Positions 18,611 through 29,529 of a stretch of 48,579 nucleotides of DNA are shown piece after piece. Within the stretch, counting starts at the first letter, position 1, and the number at the start of each line of letters is the position of its first letter. The position numbers and the translations under genes were made by a program. Origin of the DNA: an uncultured Eubacteriales bacterium (GTDB taxonomy: Bacteria; Bacillota; Clostridia; Christensenellales; CAG-314); NCBI GenBank assembly GCA_949289125.1, contig CASEME010000017.1:1-48579 (forward strand). The letters run 5' to 3'. The notes under the pieces are model-generated. The model saw only the letters and a program-made list of their open reading frames with translations, did not search any database and was not told the DNA's origin.

Positions 18611-20119
18611 ATGGAAAATACTCGTAGTGCAGGCATTTTGATGCCTATCTCTGCGTTGCCCGGCGATGGCGGCATAGGTACTTTGGGTACTTCTGCCTAT
18701 CGTTTTGTTGACTTTTTGAGCAAGGCAAAAATGTCTATTTGGCAAATTTTGCCCCTTGTTCCCACCAACTATGGCGACAGTCCATATCAGTCTTGCAGTT
18801 CTCTTGCACTCAATTATTACTTCATTGACTTGCCTACGTTAGTTGAGCAAGGTCTTTTGATGCAGGAAGATGTAGACAATGCTGATTTGGGCGGTAGTGG
18901 ACGTCGTGTCGACTACGGCAAATTGTTTAATAATAAAATAAGTTTGCTGCGAAAGGCTTTTGCTCGCTTTGACAGGGAGCAAGAGGACTTTCGCCGTTTT
19001 GTTAAAAAGGGCGAATATTCAGACTTTGCAATCTTTATGTCGATAAAAAGCCGCTTCAACCACGTTTCGTGGAAAGAGTGGCCGGAGCCTTACCGCACTT
19101 ATGATGCAAAGGTTATCAAACAGTACGTTAAGGACAATTTGGACGATATAGAGTTTTGGCACTTTACACAGTACATTTTCTTGGGACAGTGGACTAAACT
19201 CAAACAATACGCTAAGAAAAAGCACATTCTCATCATGGGCGATATGCCTCTATATATAGCAGAAGACAGCGTAGAGTTTTGGAAGTATGGCAAAGAATTG
19301 TTCCAAGTGGACGAAAACAACAATCCCGTTGTAGTGGCAGGTGTTCCGCCCGATTGTTTCTCTGCTGACGGACAGCTTTGGGGCAATCCTATATACGACT
19401 GGGAAAAGATGCAAAAGGACGGCTTTAAGTGGTGGAACAATCGCTTGAAAAAGTCACTCAAACTGTTTGATATTTTGCGTATAGACCACTTTAGAGGTTT
19501 TGACAGATATTACGCTATCAATGCAGGCGAAGCTACTGCACGTTATGGCGTATGGCGCGATGGCCCAAAAGCCGAGTTGTTTAAGGACAAATTGGATTGG
19601 AACATTGTAGCCGAAGACTTGGGTACTCAGGACGAAAGTTTGGCGCAGTTTATGCGTGAAGTGGGCTACCCCGGTATGAAAGTGTTGGAATTTGCCTTTG
19701 ACGGTGCTCCCGACAATACGCACAGACCTACTTTCTATACGGCAAACTCCGTTGTTTATACGGGCACGCACGACAATATGCCATTGAAACAATATATAGC
19801 AGATTTGTCGCAGGATCAGTACAACACCTTTTTGAGAGAGTTGTACAACGAAGCTCACAACCTTGTTGAGACAGACTTTACCGACCTTGACGCAGTGTGT
19901 GACACCGTTATTCGCTTGGGATTTGCGTGCGTATCCAATACGTTTATCGCACCTCTGTCGGATATTTTGAAATTGGGTGGTGAAGCTCGTATCAACGAAC
20001 CGTCCACAGTAAAGACAGAAAACTGGAGCTACCGCTTTTTGGAAGGCGACTACGACGATGCTTTGGCACAACGTCTTGCAAAATTGGTGGTACAATACAA
20101 CAGACAGCCCAAAAAGTAA
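18611..20119 (+). CDS. malQ: 4-alpha-glucanotransferase (amylomaltase, GH77)
   Basis: Motifs SAGILMPISALPG and LPLVPT, typical GH77 length. Confidence 0.9.
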   Translation: MENTRSAGILMPISALPGDGGIGTLGTSAYRFVDFLSKAKMSIWQILPLVPTNYGDSPYQSCSSLALNYYFIDLPTLVEQGLLMQEDVDNADLGGSGRRVDYGKLFNNKISLLRKAFARFDREQEDFRRFVKKGEYSDFAIFMSIKSRFNHVSWKEWPEPYRTYDAKVIKQYVKDNLDDIEFWHFTQYIFLGQWTKLKQYAKKKHILIMGDMPLYIAEDSVEFWKYGKELFQVDENNNPVVVAGVPPDCFSADGQLWGNPIYDWEKMQKDGFKWWNNRLKKSLKLFDILRIDHFRGFDRYYAINAGEATARYGVWRDGPKAELFKDKLDWNIVAEDLGTQDESLAQFMREVGYPGMKVLEFAFDGAPDNTHRPTFYTANSVVYTGTHDNMPLKQYIADLSQDQYNTFLRELYNEAHNLVETDFTDLDAVCDTVIRLGFACVSNTFIAPLSDILKLGGEARINEPSTVKTENWSYRFLEGDYDDALAQRLAKLVVQYNRQPKK

Positions 20120-20266
20120 TTTGCTTTTACTTTGTATGCCGCGATATCGTTGTATCTTAGTTTGGATAGTGTTGTTGGTATCGGGTAAATATTTGCAGTA
20201 CTTACAAAATTGCAAAAAAATGGTTAATTGGCGTGCACATACAATGTAGCACGATTGGAGAAAGTG

Positions 20267-22135
20267 ATGTACAACAATAGTTGTGCGTTAGGCGCACAAT
20301 GGAATACAGACAATACAGTGTTTGGTGTATTTGCGCCTTATGCAAACAATGTGACGGTCAAAGTGTACGGTACCGACGCAACAACGCTTGTCAATAGTTG
20401 CCCGATGACAAAAGGCGAGGACGGTACTTGGTCGGCAACAGTCAACGGCAATCTTGACGGCTGTTATTATCTATATGATATAGATGGTTTGACAACGGTA
20501 GATCCGTACGCAAAGTCTTTTAATGCTAATACCCAAAAGGGTATGATATTGGACCTTAGCCGTACCAATCCCGAAGGGTGGGAAAGCGACCACTTTGAAG
20601 CAAAACCTGCTATTATTTGGGAAGTACACGTAAGGGACTTTTCCTCAGACGAGTATCTTGAGCTTCCGTATCACGGCAAGTATGCCAATTTTGTATCCGG
20701 TGTTAGGACGCCTAACGGCAAAACAGCTTTGGTGGACTACTTGGCAGAGTTGGGAGTAACATATGTACATTTACTTCCTATTATGGACTTTGCTTGTACC
20801 AACGAACTTGACTGCAAGCAATATAATTGGGGATACGATCCCGTCAGTTACTTTGCCCCCGAGGGCAGTTACGCAACAGACGCTCAAGACGGCACTGTGC
20901 GTATCAGAGAGTTGAAGCAATTAGTACAAAATTTACATAAAGCAGGTATAGGCGTGATATTGGACGTGGTGTACAATCACACTTATACGGCAGAGGGCAA
21001 TGCGCTCAACAACTGCGCGCCCGATTATTACTATCGTCACGACAAGGACGGCAACCTTACCAACGGTTCGGGTTGCGGCAACGATACGGCAAGCGAACAA
21101 CCTATGTTCCGCAAGCTTATGATAGACAGCGTGACGTACTGGACTAAGGAATATCACATAGACGGATTCCGCTTCGACCTTATGGGGCTTCACGATGTAG
21201 ACACTATGAACGCTATCCGTGAAGCGCTGGACAATCTCTATCCCGACGGTAGAGGCAAAGACGTCATTATATACGGCGAACCTTGGTACTGCAAAGAGCC
21301 AACGGAAATTGTATCAGCCAACATACGCAACGTCAAAAAGCTAAGTGACCGAATAGCAATATTCAACAGCACAACTCGTGACGGCATACGTGGCAGACAC
21401 TTTGGCGGTTTGCGCAAAGGTTTTGTTGAAGGCAAACTTTCTTCATTAGAAAACGCCCTCTGCGGTATAGCAGGCGGCACAGTGGGAAGCAAAAGCGACA
21501 AAGATGGATTCGAAATCAATGTTCCGTCCCAACAGGTACTGTATTGTGCTTGTCACGACGACTATACATTGTTTGACCACATAAGCGCAGTGACGGACAA
21601 AGATTTTGACGTAAGACGTGCACAGCACATGGCAGGTTTTATGTTGATGTCGGGTATCGGAATGGTGTTTATGCAGGCAGGTGAGGAATTTTTGCGTACC
21701 AAGTATATGGACGGCAACAGTTACCGCTCACCGGATAGCATTAACAAGTTGGATTGGAAACGTCGTGAGGACAATGACGATACGGTAAGTTACTACAAAG
21801 GACTTATTGCCGTGCGTAAGAGCAACAGCGTGTTTGACAATCTGACAGATAAGTCGGTAGTTGACAACTTCCGCCTTGTTCCCTCAAAAAAAGGCTCGGC
21901 AGTATATACTGTCGGTAATATATTGTATTGTGTCAACAATACAGAGTACGGACTTAATGTTAAGTTCGACGGCACGGGCGTATTGCTTGCAGACATAGAG
22001 CGAGCAGATGTCAACGGCTTGGGCGAATTGCACGGCGGTTTGAGGGTTGCTCCTCATAGTGTCGCTGCAGTACGTCTTACAGACAACAATGTCTCATCCG
22101 TAACTTATGTTACGAAGAATATCAAACATTATTAA
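20267..22135 (+). CDS. pulA: Type I pullulanase (GH13 with N-terminal CBM41/48-like region)
   Basis: YGYDP, GIGVILDVVYNHT, GFRFDLMG and the YGEPW region. Start moved to ATG with GGAGAAAG RBS. Confidence 0.85.
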   Translation: MYNNSCALGAQWNTDNTVFGVFAPYANNVTVKVYGTDATTLVNSCPMTKGEDGTWSATVNGNLDGCYYLYDIDGLTTVDPYAKSFNANTQKGMILDLSRTNPEGWESDHFEAKPAIIWEVHVRDFSSDEYLELPYHGKYANFVSGVRTPNGKTALVDYLAELGVTYVHLLPIMDFACTNELDCKQYNWGYDPVSYFAPEGSYATDAQDGTVRIRELKQLVQNLHKAGIGVILDVVYNHTYTAEGNALNNCAPDYYYRHDKDGNLTNGSGCGNDTASEQPMFRKLMIDSVTYWTKEYHIDGFRFDLMGLHDVDTMNAIREALDNLYPDGRGKDVIIYGEPWYCKEPTEIVSANIRNVKKLSDRIAIFNSTTRDGIRGRHFGGLRKGFVEGKLSSLENALCGIAGGTVGSKSDKDGFEINVPSQQVLYCACHDDYTLFDHISAVTDKDFDVRRAQHMAGFMLMSGIGMVFMQAGEEFLRTKYMDGNSYRSPDSINKLDWKRREDNDDTVSYYKGLIAVRKSNSVFDNLTDKSVVDNFRLVPSKKGSAVYTVGNILYCVNNTEYGLNVKFDGTGVLLADIERADVNGLGELHGGLRVAPHSVAAVRLTDNNVSSVTYVTKNIKHY

Positions 22136-22148
22136 GGAGGAAAGAAAG

Positions 22149-23396
22149 ATGAGAAAGAAGATAGCTATATTAGCACTGTTCCTTGCATTGGTAATGGTGT
22201 TGCCTATGGCTTTGGCAGCTTGCGATCCTACAGGTACTACTACTACAAACAATGAAATGATTGTTTGGGGACCTGAAGCACAAAAAACTATGGTAGAGCA
22301 GATGTTGGCTTCCTTTAAAGAAGAAAACAAAGACGATGAAGAGATCTCTGCTATCACATTTAAGTACAACATTGTATCCGAGGCTGACGCTTCCGGAAAG
22401 ATCACAACAGACGTTGAAGCAGGCGCAGACGTATACGCATTTGCTAACGACCAGTTGTTGGTACTTTTGAGAGCAGGCGCTCTTGCAAAAGTTGGCGGTG
22501 ACTACGAAACAGCCGTTAAGACAGAAAACAGCGCAGCAGCTTTGGAATCTGTTACATTCAACGGTGGCGTTTATGGTTATCCTTATGCAGCAGACAACGG
22601 TTACTTCTTGTACTACGACAGCACTGTTCTTGGTGCAAGTGATGTTGCAAGCTTTGAAAACATGATCACTAAGCTCAAAGAAACAAGCAAAAAGATTTAC
22701 ATCGACATAGACAACTCTTGGTATGCAGCTGGTTTCTTCTTTGGTGCAGGTGCAAGCTACTCTGCAACTTATGACGAAAAAATGCAACTTAGCTCTGTAC
22801 AATGCGACTTTGCTTCTAAAGGAAAACCCGGAGCAGAAATTATGATGCGTCTTGTAGAAGAAGGCGTTGTTCTTAATGGTGACGATACTGTTCTTAGCAC
22901 AGGTTTGGAAGATGGCACTGTTGTTGCAGCTATCTCCGGTACATGGATGGGTGAATCCGTAAGCAAGGCATTTGCTGATGGTTACTCCGCAACAAAATTG
23001 CCCGAATGGACAACAGAAGGACAGAAATATCAAATGGGATCTTTCGCAGGTTTCAAAGTGTATGGCGTCAACCCCAAATCTGATCACTTGGGCGTAGCTC
23101 ACAAATTGGCAGCTTACTTGACAGGTCAAGCTATGCAGACAAAGCGTTTCAACGATATGGCTGTTATGCCTACCAACTTGGCTGCTTACGAAGCATTGGA
23201 AACACAAATCAACGCTAACGTAGCACTTGCAGGTCTTGGTGCACAAACATTGCACTCCACAGCACAAGGCGCAGTTCCCAGCGGTTTCTGGACAGCAGTA
23301 GAATCTTTTGCTACTGACGTTGCTAACAATGAAATCACAGACGTTCAGACTGCACTTCAAACTATGGAAGATACTATTAAGGCATCTGAGAGCTAA
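22149..23396 (+). CDS. Maltodextrin/sugar ABC transporter substrate-binding lipoprotein
   Basis: AGGAGG RBS. Signal peptide with lipobox LAAC. Family-1 solute-binding-protein-like sequence. Confidence 0.8.
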   Translation: MRKKIAILALFLALVMVLPMALAACDPTGTTTTNNEMIVWGPEAQKTMVEQMLASFKEENKDDEEISAITFKYNIVSEADASGKITTDVEAGADVYAFANDQLLVLLRAGALAKVGGDYETAVKTENSAAALESVTFNGGVYGYPYAADNGYFLYYDSTVLGASDVASFENMITKLKETSKKIYIDIDNSWYAAGFFFGAGASYSATYDEKMQLSSVQCDFASKGKPGAEIMMRLVEEGVVLNGDDTVLSTGLEDGTVVAAISGTWMGESVSKAFADGYSATKLPEWTTEGQKYQMGSFAGFKVYGVNPKSDHLGVAHKLAAYLTGQAMQTKRFNDMAVMPTNLAAYEALETQINANVALAGLGAQTLHSTAQGAVPSGFWTAVESFATDVANNEITDVQTALQTMEDTIKASES

Positions 23397-23492
23397 TACA
23401 AGTTTGTATTAGTAGCTTATATAGCTTAACAATGGGGTTCAGTGGGGGACAACTTGTTTGTCCCCTATGACCTATTAAACAGGAGAAATAAA

Positions 23493-25001
23493 ATGGCTAA
23501 TCTTGAATATTTGAAAAAGACAGGTTGGCAAAAGTTCTGCTATAATTTTGTTAATTTTTTCAAAAATTTGCCGCATGCTTTGGCTAACTTTTTCAAAAAG
23601 ATACCTCTATGGTTCAAGATGCTTGGAAGACGAATAGCGTCTGTGTTCTTAGAGGTATATTATGCGGCAGCACGAGGGGATTGGAAAACACGTATGTCTT
23701 TTGTCTTTATGGGCTTTGGACAGTTGTTCCGTGGCCAAGTACTGCGCGGCATAATGTATTTGTTGTTTGAGGTCGTTTTCATACTTTATATGGTCTTTTT
23801 CGGTTGGAAGTATCTTGCTCAGATGGGTTCTTTGGGCGAAAAGGCTATGGAAGAAGTATGGAATCCGGACAAAGGTATTTATGAGTATGTATATTATGAC
23901 AACAGTATGTTGATATTGTTGTATTCTGTACTTACAATTTTCTTTATTTTGGCATTTGTGTATGTATGGTATCAAAACTTGCGTACCAACAATATCTTGC
24001 AAGAAATGAAAGAAGTTGGCAAAAAAGTGCCTGGCACAAAGGACGATATACAATCTCTTGCCAACGACCAATACTACAAGACATTGTTGTCCATACCTAT
24101 GTTGGGACTTGTTGTATTTACCATAATACCTATAGTATTTATGATATTTATAGCGTTTACCAACTACGACCAAGCGCACATGCCCCCCAGCCAATTGTTT
24201 GATTGGGTAGGCTTTGACAACTTTGCAGATATATTGGGCGGTGGAGTTTCTGCCAACGGCGCACGTTTTGCGTACACTTTCCGAGCAGTATTGCTTTGGA
24301 CGCTTATTTGGGCGGTTTTTGCAACATTTACCAACTACATACTCGGTATGATTGTTGCAATGCTTATTAACAAAAAGGGCATACGTTTCAAAAAATTGTG
24401 GCGTACAGTTTTGATTTTGACAGTTGCTGTTCCCTCATTTGTATCATTGCTTTTGATGAGCCAAATGCTGTCCGTCAATGGTATTATCAATAGTACGTTG
24501 ATGAGTTGGGGTTGGATAAAAGAACCAATACCTTTCTTGACTAACTCTACTGTTGCAAAAGTTACTGTAATTGTGGTCAATATCTGGATAGGTATTCCGT
24601 ACACAATGTTGATGATTACAGGTATTTTGATGAACATACCTTCCGACTTGTACGAGTCAGCCCGTATTGACGGTGCAGGCCCGGCTAAGATGTATTTCAA
24701 GATAACCTTGCCTTATATGTGGTTTGTTACCACTCCCTACCTTATCAGCACCTTTGTTGGCAATATCAACAACTTCAACGTCATATTCCTTTTGACGGGC
24801 GGTGCTCCGTTGACTCAGTCATTTGAGGAAGCAGGCGGCACAGACTTGTTGATTACTTGGCTGTACAAACTTACATTCAATGAGCAAAACTACTCTATGG
24901 CAGCCGTTATAGGTATATTGGTGTTCATTGTCATTGCTGTTATTTCCTTGATTGTTTACAACAAGTCAAATGCAGTAAAGAACGAGGAGGTGTTTGGCTG
25001 A
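23493..25001 (+). CDS. Sugar ABC transporter permease (MalF-like, long N-terminal region)
   Basis: EAA-loop region ESARIDGAGPAKMYFKITLP. Multiple TM segments. Confidence 0.85.
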   Translation: MANLEYLKKTGWQKFCYNFVNFFKNLPHALANFFKKIPLWFKMLGRRIASVFLEVYYAAARGDWKTRMSFVFMGFGQLFRGQVLRGIMYLLFEVVFILYMVFFGWKYLAQMGSLGEKAMEEVWNPDKGIYEYVYYDNSMLILLYSVLTIFFILAFVYVWYQNLRTNNILQEMKEVGKKVPGTKDDIQSLANDQYYKTLLSIPMLGLVVFTIIPIVFMIFIAFTNYDQAHMPPSQLFDWVGFDNFADILGGGVSANGARFAYTFRAVLLWTLIWAVFATFTNYILGMIVAMLINKKGIRFKKLWRTVLILTVAVPSFVSLLLMSQMLSVNGIINSTLMSWGWIKEPIPFLTNSTVAKVTVIVVNIWIGIPYTMLMITGILMNIPSDLYESARIDGAGPAKMYFKITLPYMWFVTTPYLISTFVGNINNFNVIFLLTGGAPLTQSFEEAGGTDLLITWLYKLTFNEQNYSMAAVIGILVFIVIAVISLIVYNKSNAVKNEEVFG

Positions 25002-25002
25002 T

Positions 25003-25875
25003 ATGGCAGAAAAGATTAAAAAGTTCCGTAGCAAACGCAAAGCGGAAATTACTACCAACGTCATCGTTTACATTATCCTCATATGTATCAGCGTGGTGTG
25101 GTTGATACCTTATCTGTACTTGGTTGCACAGTCGTTTAGAGGCGAAAGTACCGGCGTTGTAGGTTATATGTTCCCCAAAGAATGGACTTTTAACAATTAC
25201 ATACAGTTGATTACAGATACGGATACGCTCAATTTCCCAATGTGGTATCTCAATACACTTATTGTATCTTTGGTAACGTGTATTATTCAGACATTTATAG
25301 TGCTTGCAACAAGCTACTGTTTGTCACGTATGCGTTTTAGGGGTAGAAAAGGTTTGATGAACCTAATGCTTATTTTGGGCATGTTCCCCGGCTTTATGAC
25401 AATGACGGCAATTTACTTTATCTTGAAGCAAATTGGTCTTACGGGCAACCTTGCAGGTTTGGTACTTGTATACGTTGCAAGCTCAGCAATGGGATATTAC
25501 ATCAGCAAAGGTTTCTTTGATACAATACCCCGTTCGTTGGACGAAGCAGCAAAAATTGACGGTGCAAGCCAGCACACAATTTTCTTAAAGGTTATTTTGC
25601 CTTTGGCAAAGCCCATTGTCGTATATACAATCTTGACATCTTTCCTTGCACCTTGGGGAGACTATATGTTTGCTTCTCTTATGATGCTTGGCGAGACAGA
25701 CAAATTTAACGTAGCCGTAGGTCTAAAAGAAATGCTTACGCGTGAAAATCTGCCCAAGTACTTTACAAGGTTCTGTGCAGGTGCAGTAGTAGTATCTATT
25801 CCTATTGCCGCATTGTTTATATGGTTGCAACGCTTCTATGTTGAAGGTGTAACCGGTGGTGCGGTTAAAGGTTAA
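25003..25875 (+). CDS. Sugar ABC transporter permease (MalG-like)
   Basis: EAA motif DEAAKIDGASQHTIFLKVILPLAKP. Translationally coupled to the upstream permease. Confidence 0.85.
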   Translation: MAEKIKKFRSKRKAEITTNVIVYIILICISVVWLIPYLYLVAQSFRGESTGVVGYMFPKEWTFNNYIQLITDTDTLNFPMWYLNTLIVSLVTCIIQTFIVLATSYCLSRMRFRGRKGLMNLMLILGMFPGFMTMTAIYFILKQIGLTGNLAGLVLVYVASSAMGYYISKGFFDTIPRSLDEAAKIDGASQHTIFLKVILPLAKPIVVYTILTSFLAPWGDYMFASLMMLGETDKFNVAVGLKEMLTRENLPKYFTRFCAGAVVVSIPIAALFIWLQRFYVEGVTGGAVKG

Positions 25876-25926
25876 CAAAAGATCGACAACAATGCTTGCG
25901 GATAAAGAGACGTTCCGCATTTATCG

Positions 25927-27405
25927 GTGACAACAATGAGTACTTCAAAAAGCAGTAAAAGTATACATTCCGACGCTATTGCCAACAGAGAATTTGACAA
26001 CTACTACGAGATATTTGTCTATTCGTTTTGTGATTCAGACGACGATGGTGTAGGCGACTTTCAAGGTGTGGAGACCAAATTGCCCTATATCAAAGAAATG
26101 GGTTATACAGGTATATGGCTTATGCCGATATGCCTTTCCCCCTCCTACCACAAGTACGACGTGCAAGACTATATGTCTGTAGATCCGCATTATGGTACTA
26201 TGCGCGACTTCGAACATCTTGTGGACGAGGCGCACAAGTTGGGCATCAAGGTTATATTGGATCTTGTGCTTAATCACACATCGGACAAACATCGGTGGTT
26301 TTTGGAAGCAGTAAAAGATGCCGAACGTGGCAACAAACAGGGCAAGTACTACAATTACTACAACTTTAGCGATTACAACGAAGCAGGTTATTCCACAGTG
26401 GGCAACAGCGAGTTGTTTTATGAAGCACAATTTTACGGCGGTATGCCCGACCTCAACTTGGACAACCCCGAAGTGCGCGACGAGTTGGACAAAGTAATTA
26501 AGTTTTGGCTAAGTAAAGGTGTGGACGGCTTCAGGTTGGACGCTTGTACCAACTTCTATACAGGCGACACTGTCAAAAGCGCACAGTTTGTAGGTTGGGT
26601 AAAAGCAACTTGCAACAAATACAAAGCTGATACTTTTATAGTAGGCGAGTCTTGGACAACAAGTGGCAACATAGCTGAGTTTTACAGGGGCGGCGGAGAT
26701 AGCTTTTTCTACTTCCCTATGGCAAAAGATGACGGATACATCAATCAGACCTTGTATGCAGACAATCCGTCCGATTACTTCTACCATGCAATGGTAGAGT
26801 TGGTGGACATAGCTCAGGGGCATATCCCTGCACCGTTTTTGGACAATCACGACACGCCTCGTATAGCAGGAGTGTTCAAACGTGACAGTGCTATGATAAA
26901 GTTCGGTTACGGGTTGCTCAATACGTTGAACGGCAACGTGTTTACCTACTACGGTGACGAGATAGGCATGGTAAGTTTTTACAACGATCCCGACAAACGT
27001 ATCGGTATGTTGTGGGACAGCAACCAAAAGCGCAAAATTGCTCCCCCGGGCGTATCCAAACAAGAATACGTCTTTGGCGGTGTCAAACAGCAACAAGCGG
27101 ACGCCAATTCTATTCTCAATTACTACAAGGCATGCAACCATATGAGGCTCAATTATCCGGCTATAGCTTTGGGTGAACAGCAACGTGTGGATTATCCCGA
27201 CAAGCAAGTACTTATTGTACAAAAACGTTACAAACAGCAAGAAGTAGTTGTTGTTATCAACTTTGCAACACAAAGCAAAGCGGTGAGATGGACAAAGGGC
27301 GGCGACCTCGTTGTCAGTCTTACTGTGGATGGTCACAAAATCAGTATGGACAACGGCGTTATTGATATGCCGCGCAATTCCATAGCACTTATCAAATTAA
27401 AATAA
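25927..27405 (+). CDS. GH13 alpha-amylase-family enzyme (intracellular alpha-glycosidase)
   Basis: GIWLMPI, VILDLVLNHTSDKH, GFRLDA. No signal peptide. The start could be the ATG 9 nt downstream. Confidence 0.8.
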   Translation: MTTMSTSKSSKSIHSDAIANREFDNYYEIFVYSFCDSDDDGVGDFQGVETKLPYIKEMGYTGIWLMPICLSPSYHKYDVQDYMSVDPHYGTMRDFEHLVDEAHKLGIKVILDLVLNHTSDKHRWFLEAVKDAERGNKQGKYYNYYNFSDYNEAGYSTVGNSELFYEAQFYGGMPDLNLDNPEVRDELDKVIKFWLSKGVDGFRLDACTNFYTGDTVKSAQFVGWVKATCNKYKADTFIVGESWTTSGNIAEFYRGGGDSFFYFPMAKDDGYINQTLYADNPSDYFYHAMVELVDIAQGHIPAPFLDNHDTPRIAGVFKRDSAMIKFGYGLLNTLNGNVFTYYGDEIGMVSFYNDPDKRIGMLWDSNQKRKIAPPGVSKQEYVFGGVKQQQADANSILNYYKACNHMRLNYPAIALGEQQRVDYPDKQVLIVQKRYKQQEVVVVINFATQSKAVRWTKGGDLVVSLTVDGHKISMDNGVIDMPRNSIALIKLK

Positions 27406-27421
27406 AAGGGAATAAATCACT

Positions 27422-29443
27422 ATGGCAAATTTAAGTTTGAGACACATTTATAAAGTATATCCCAACGGAGTCAAGGCTGTTAATGACTTCAATATGGATA
27501 TTGAGGACAAAGAATTTATTGTATTTGTAGGACCTTCCGGTTGCGGCAAATCTACCACTTTGCGTATGATTGCCGGTTTGGAAGATATATCAGCAGGCGA
27601 GTTGCGTATAGGCGATGTGGTGGTCAATGACGTAGAGCCTAAGGACAGAGATATAGCAATGGTGTTCCAAAACTATGCGCTTTATCCTCATATGTCCGTC
27701 TACGAAAACATCGCATTTGGTTTGCGCATACGCAAGATGCCCAACGAAGAAATACACAAGCGTGTAACTGAAGCCGCAGAAATACTCGGTATTACCGAAT
27801 ATTTGGACAGAAAACCCAAAGAAATGTCCGGTGGTCAGCGTCAGCGTGTATCTTTGGGACGTGCAATAGTGCGTGAACCCAAAGTAATGCTTTTGGACGA
27901 ACCTTTGAGTAACTTGGACGCAAAATTGCGTACACAGATGCGTGCAGAGATATCCAAACTGCACAAAAAGTTGCAAACAACGTTTATTTACGTTACCCAC
28001 GACCAAGTAGAAGCTATGACAATGGGTACTCGTATCGTTGTTATGAAGAACGGTTTTGTTCAACAGATTGACACACCGCAAAACTTGTATCGTTACCCCG
28101 GCAACAAATTCGTGGCAGGCTTTATAGGCACTCCTCAGATGAACTTCTTTGAAGGTACTCTTACCAAGAACGGCAACAAAGTGGACATCAAATTTGAGTA
28201 CAGCGACGCTATGATAACTGTTCCGTACGAAAAGTTGCTAAAAGCACGTCCGCATTATCTTGACGGCAATCATCCTGTTTACATAGGTTTGCGTGCAGAA
28301 GACGCAAGTTTGGATCCCGAAGTTGTAGCAAACAGCAAATACAAAGTAAAAGTTGTTATTTCTCACATAGAAGAGTTGGGCAACGAATCTTTGGTATATG
28401 CAGACATCAATATGCACGGCGACGGTTACACCGAAAGCTCCACACGTATCATTATCAAATCGCAGACAGCCAACCAATACACCCCTGGCGAAGTGTATGA
28501 CTGTGCACTCGATGTAGATCATCTTCACTTGTTTGACAAAGAGACCGAAGAGTCCATTATACCTCGTATCCCCGAAGTCAACGAGATAGAGTGCAAAGTA
28601 AAAGACGGCAAATTGGCATTCCTCAACAGTCTGTTGCAACTTCCGTCTGCAATCACCTGCCCCGAGGGCAAAGGCACAATGTTGTTGCCTACCAATGCTA
28701 TCGTATTTGGCGGCAGAGCAACTGCCAACGCAGTAGAGTGCGAAGAAATCGGTGGCAAATATCTTGTATCGTTGGACGTAGCAGGCAGGAGATTGTTTGC
28801 AGTGTCTGAGAAACCTGTCAAATTGGGCGAATGCAACATCAGCATAGATATGAAACGTATCTCGTTGCACATAGAAGATACTGTTGTTGAAGCTATGAAC
28901 GAGAAAGTTGCTTTCAATGGTACCTTTGACAAACAGAAAGTAGTAGAAGACGTTGCTATTTTCAAAAAACCCAAAAAAGACAAAAAACAAGCAGAGGAAG
29001 TTGTTGCAGAGCAAGCTACCGACGAACAACCTGTTGCAGAGCAGGTTGAGCAACCGTTGGAAGAGAGTGAACAACCCGAAGTTGTTAAATACAAAAAACG
29101 CAAGGTTATTCATTTCTATCTCAACATTGCAGGCACACGCTTTGACGCTCCCGATGACATAGCGCAAAAGATATTTGCAACATTGCCTCCGCGTACAGTA
29201 TTCTCCACACCTTTCCGTTATGAGTTTACTCCTTATGACTTCACATTGGCAGACAGCGGTATACCTGCTAAGGTGGAAAGAGTGCTTGACTATGGCAATG
29301 AGAAATTTGCTGTAGTACGCATAGACGAAAACACGGTTATCAATGTTTTTGTTAAAGACAATGTTTGGGGAGACGTTTATCTGCAACCCGACATCTCCAA
29401 AGTAGGCGTTGTAGAGACAGTAAGAGATATCCGTCTTGCATAA
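27422..29443 (+). CDS. MalK/MsmX-type sugar ABC transporter ATPase, unusually long (673 aa) with about 300 extra C-terminal residues forming two further TOBE-like beta-domains separated by an acidic K/E-rich linker
   Basis: Walker A GPSGCGKST, Q-loop, signature LSGGQRQR, Walker B LLDEP, H-loop. Canonical TOBE ends near aa 378; the extension contains repeated beta-rich segments. Confidence 0.85.
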   Translation: MANLSLRHIYKVYPNGVKAVNDFNMDIEDKEFIVFVGPSGCGKSTTLRMIAGLEDISAGELRIGDVVVNDVEPKDRDIAMVFQNYALYPHMSVYENIAFGLRIRKMPNEEIHKRVTEAAEILGITEYLDRKPKEMSGGQRQRVSLGRAIVREPKVMLLDEPLSNLDAKLRTQMRAEISKLHKKLQTTFIYVTHDQVEAMTMGTRIVVMKNGFVQQIDTPQNLYRYPGNKFVAGFIGTPQMNFFEGTLTKNGNKVDIKFEYSDAMITVPYEKLLKARPHYLDGNHPVYIGLRAEDASLDPEVVANSKYKVKVVISHIEELGNESLVYADINMHGDGYTESSTRIIIKSQTANQYTPGEVYDCALDVDHLHLFDKETEESIIPRIPEVNEIECKVKDGKLAFLNSLLQLPSAITCPEGKGTMLLPTNAIVFGGRATANAVECEEIGGKYLVSLDVAGRRLFAVSEKPVKLGECNISIDMKRISLHIEDTVVEAMNEKVAFNGTFDKQKVVEDVAIFKKPKKDKKQAEEVVAEQATDEQPVAEQVEQPLEESEQPEVVKYKKRKVIHFYLNIAGTRFDAPDDIAQKIFATLPPRTVFSTPFRYEFTPYDFTLADSGIPAKVERVLDYGNEKFAVVRIDENTVINVFVKDNVWGDVYLQPDISKVGVVETVRDIRLA

Positions 29444-29487
29444 TCTTCAATGTAGTTTACAATCAGTCACATTATTAAAGTTTTACA

Positions 29488-29529
29488 ACACCCCTCAACC
29501 GCATGCGGTTGAGGGGTGTTGTTTGTTTT
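29488..29529 (+). terminator. Strong intrinsic terminator ending the maltodextrin operon
   Basis: cacccctcaaccgcatgcggttgaggggtg followed by a T-run. Confidence 0.85.
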
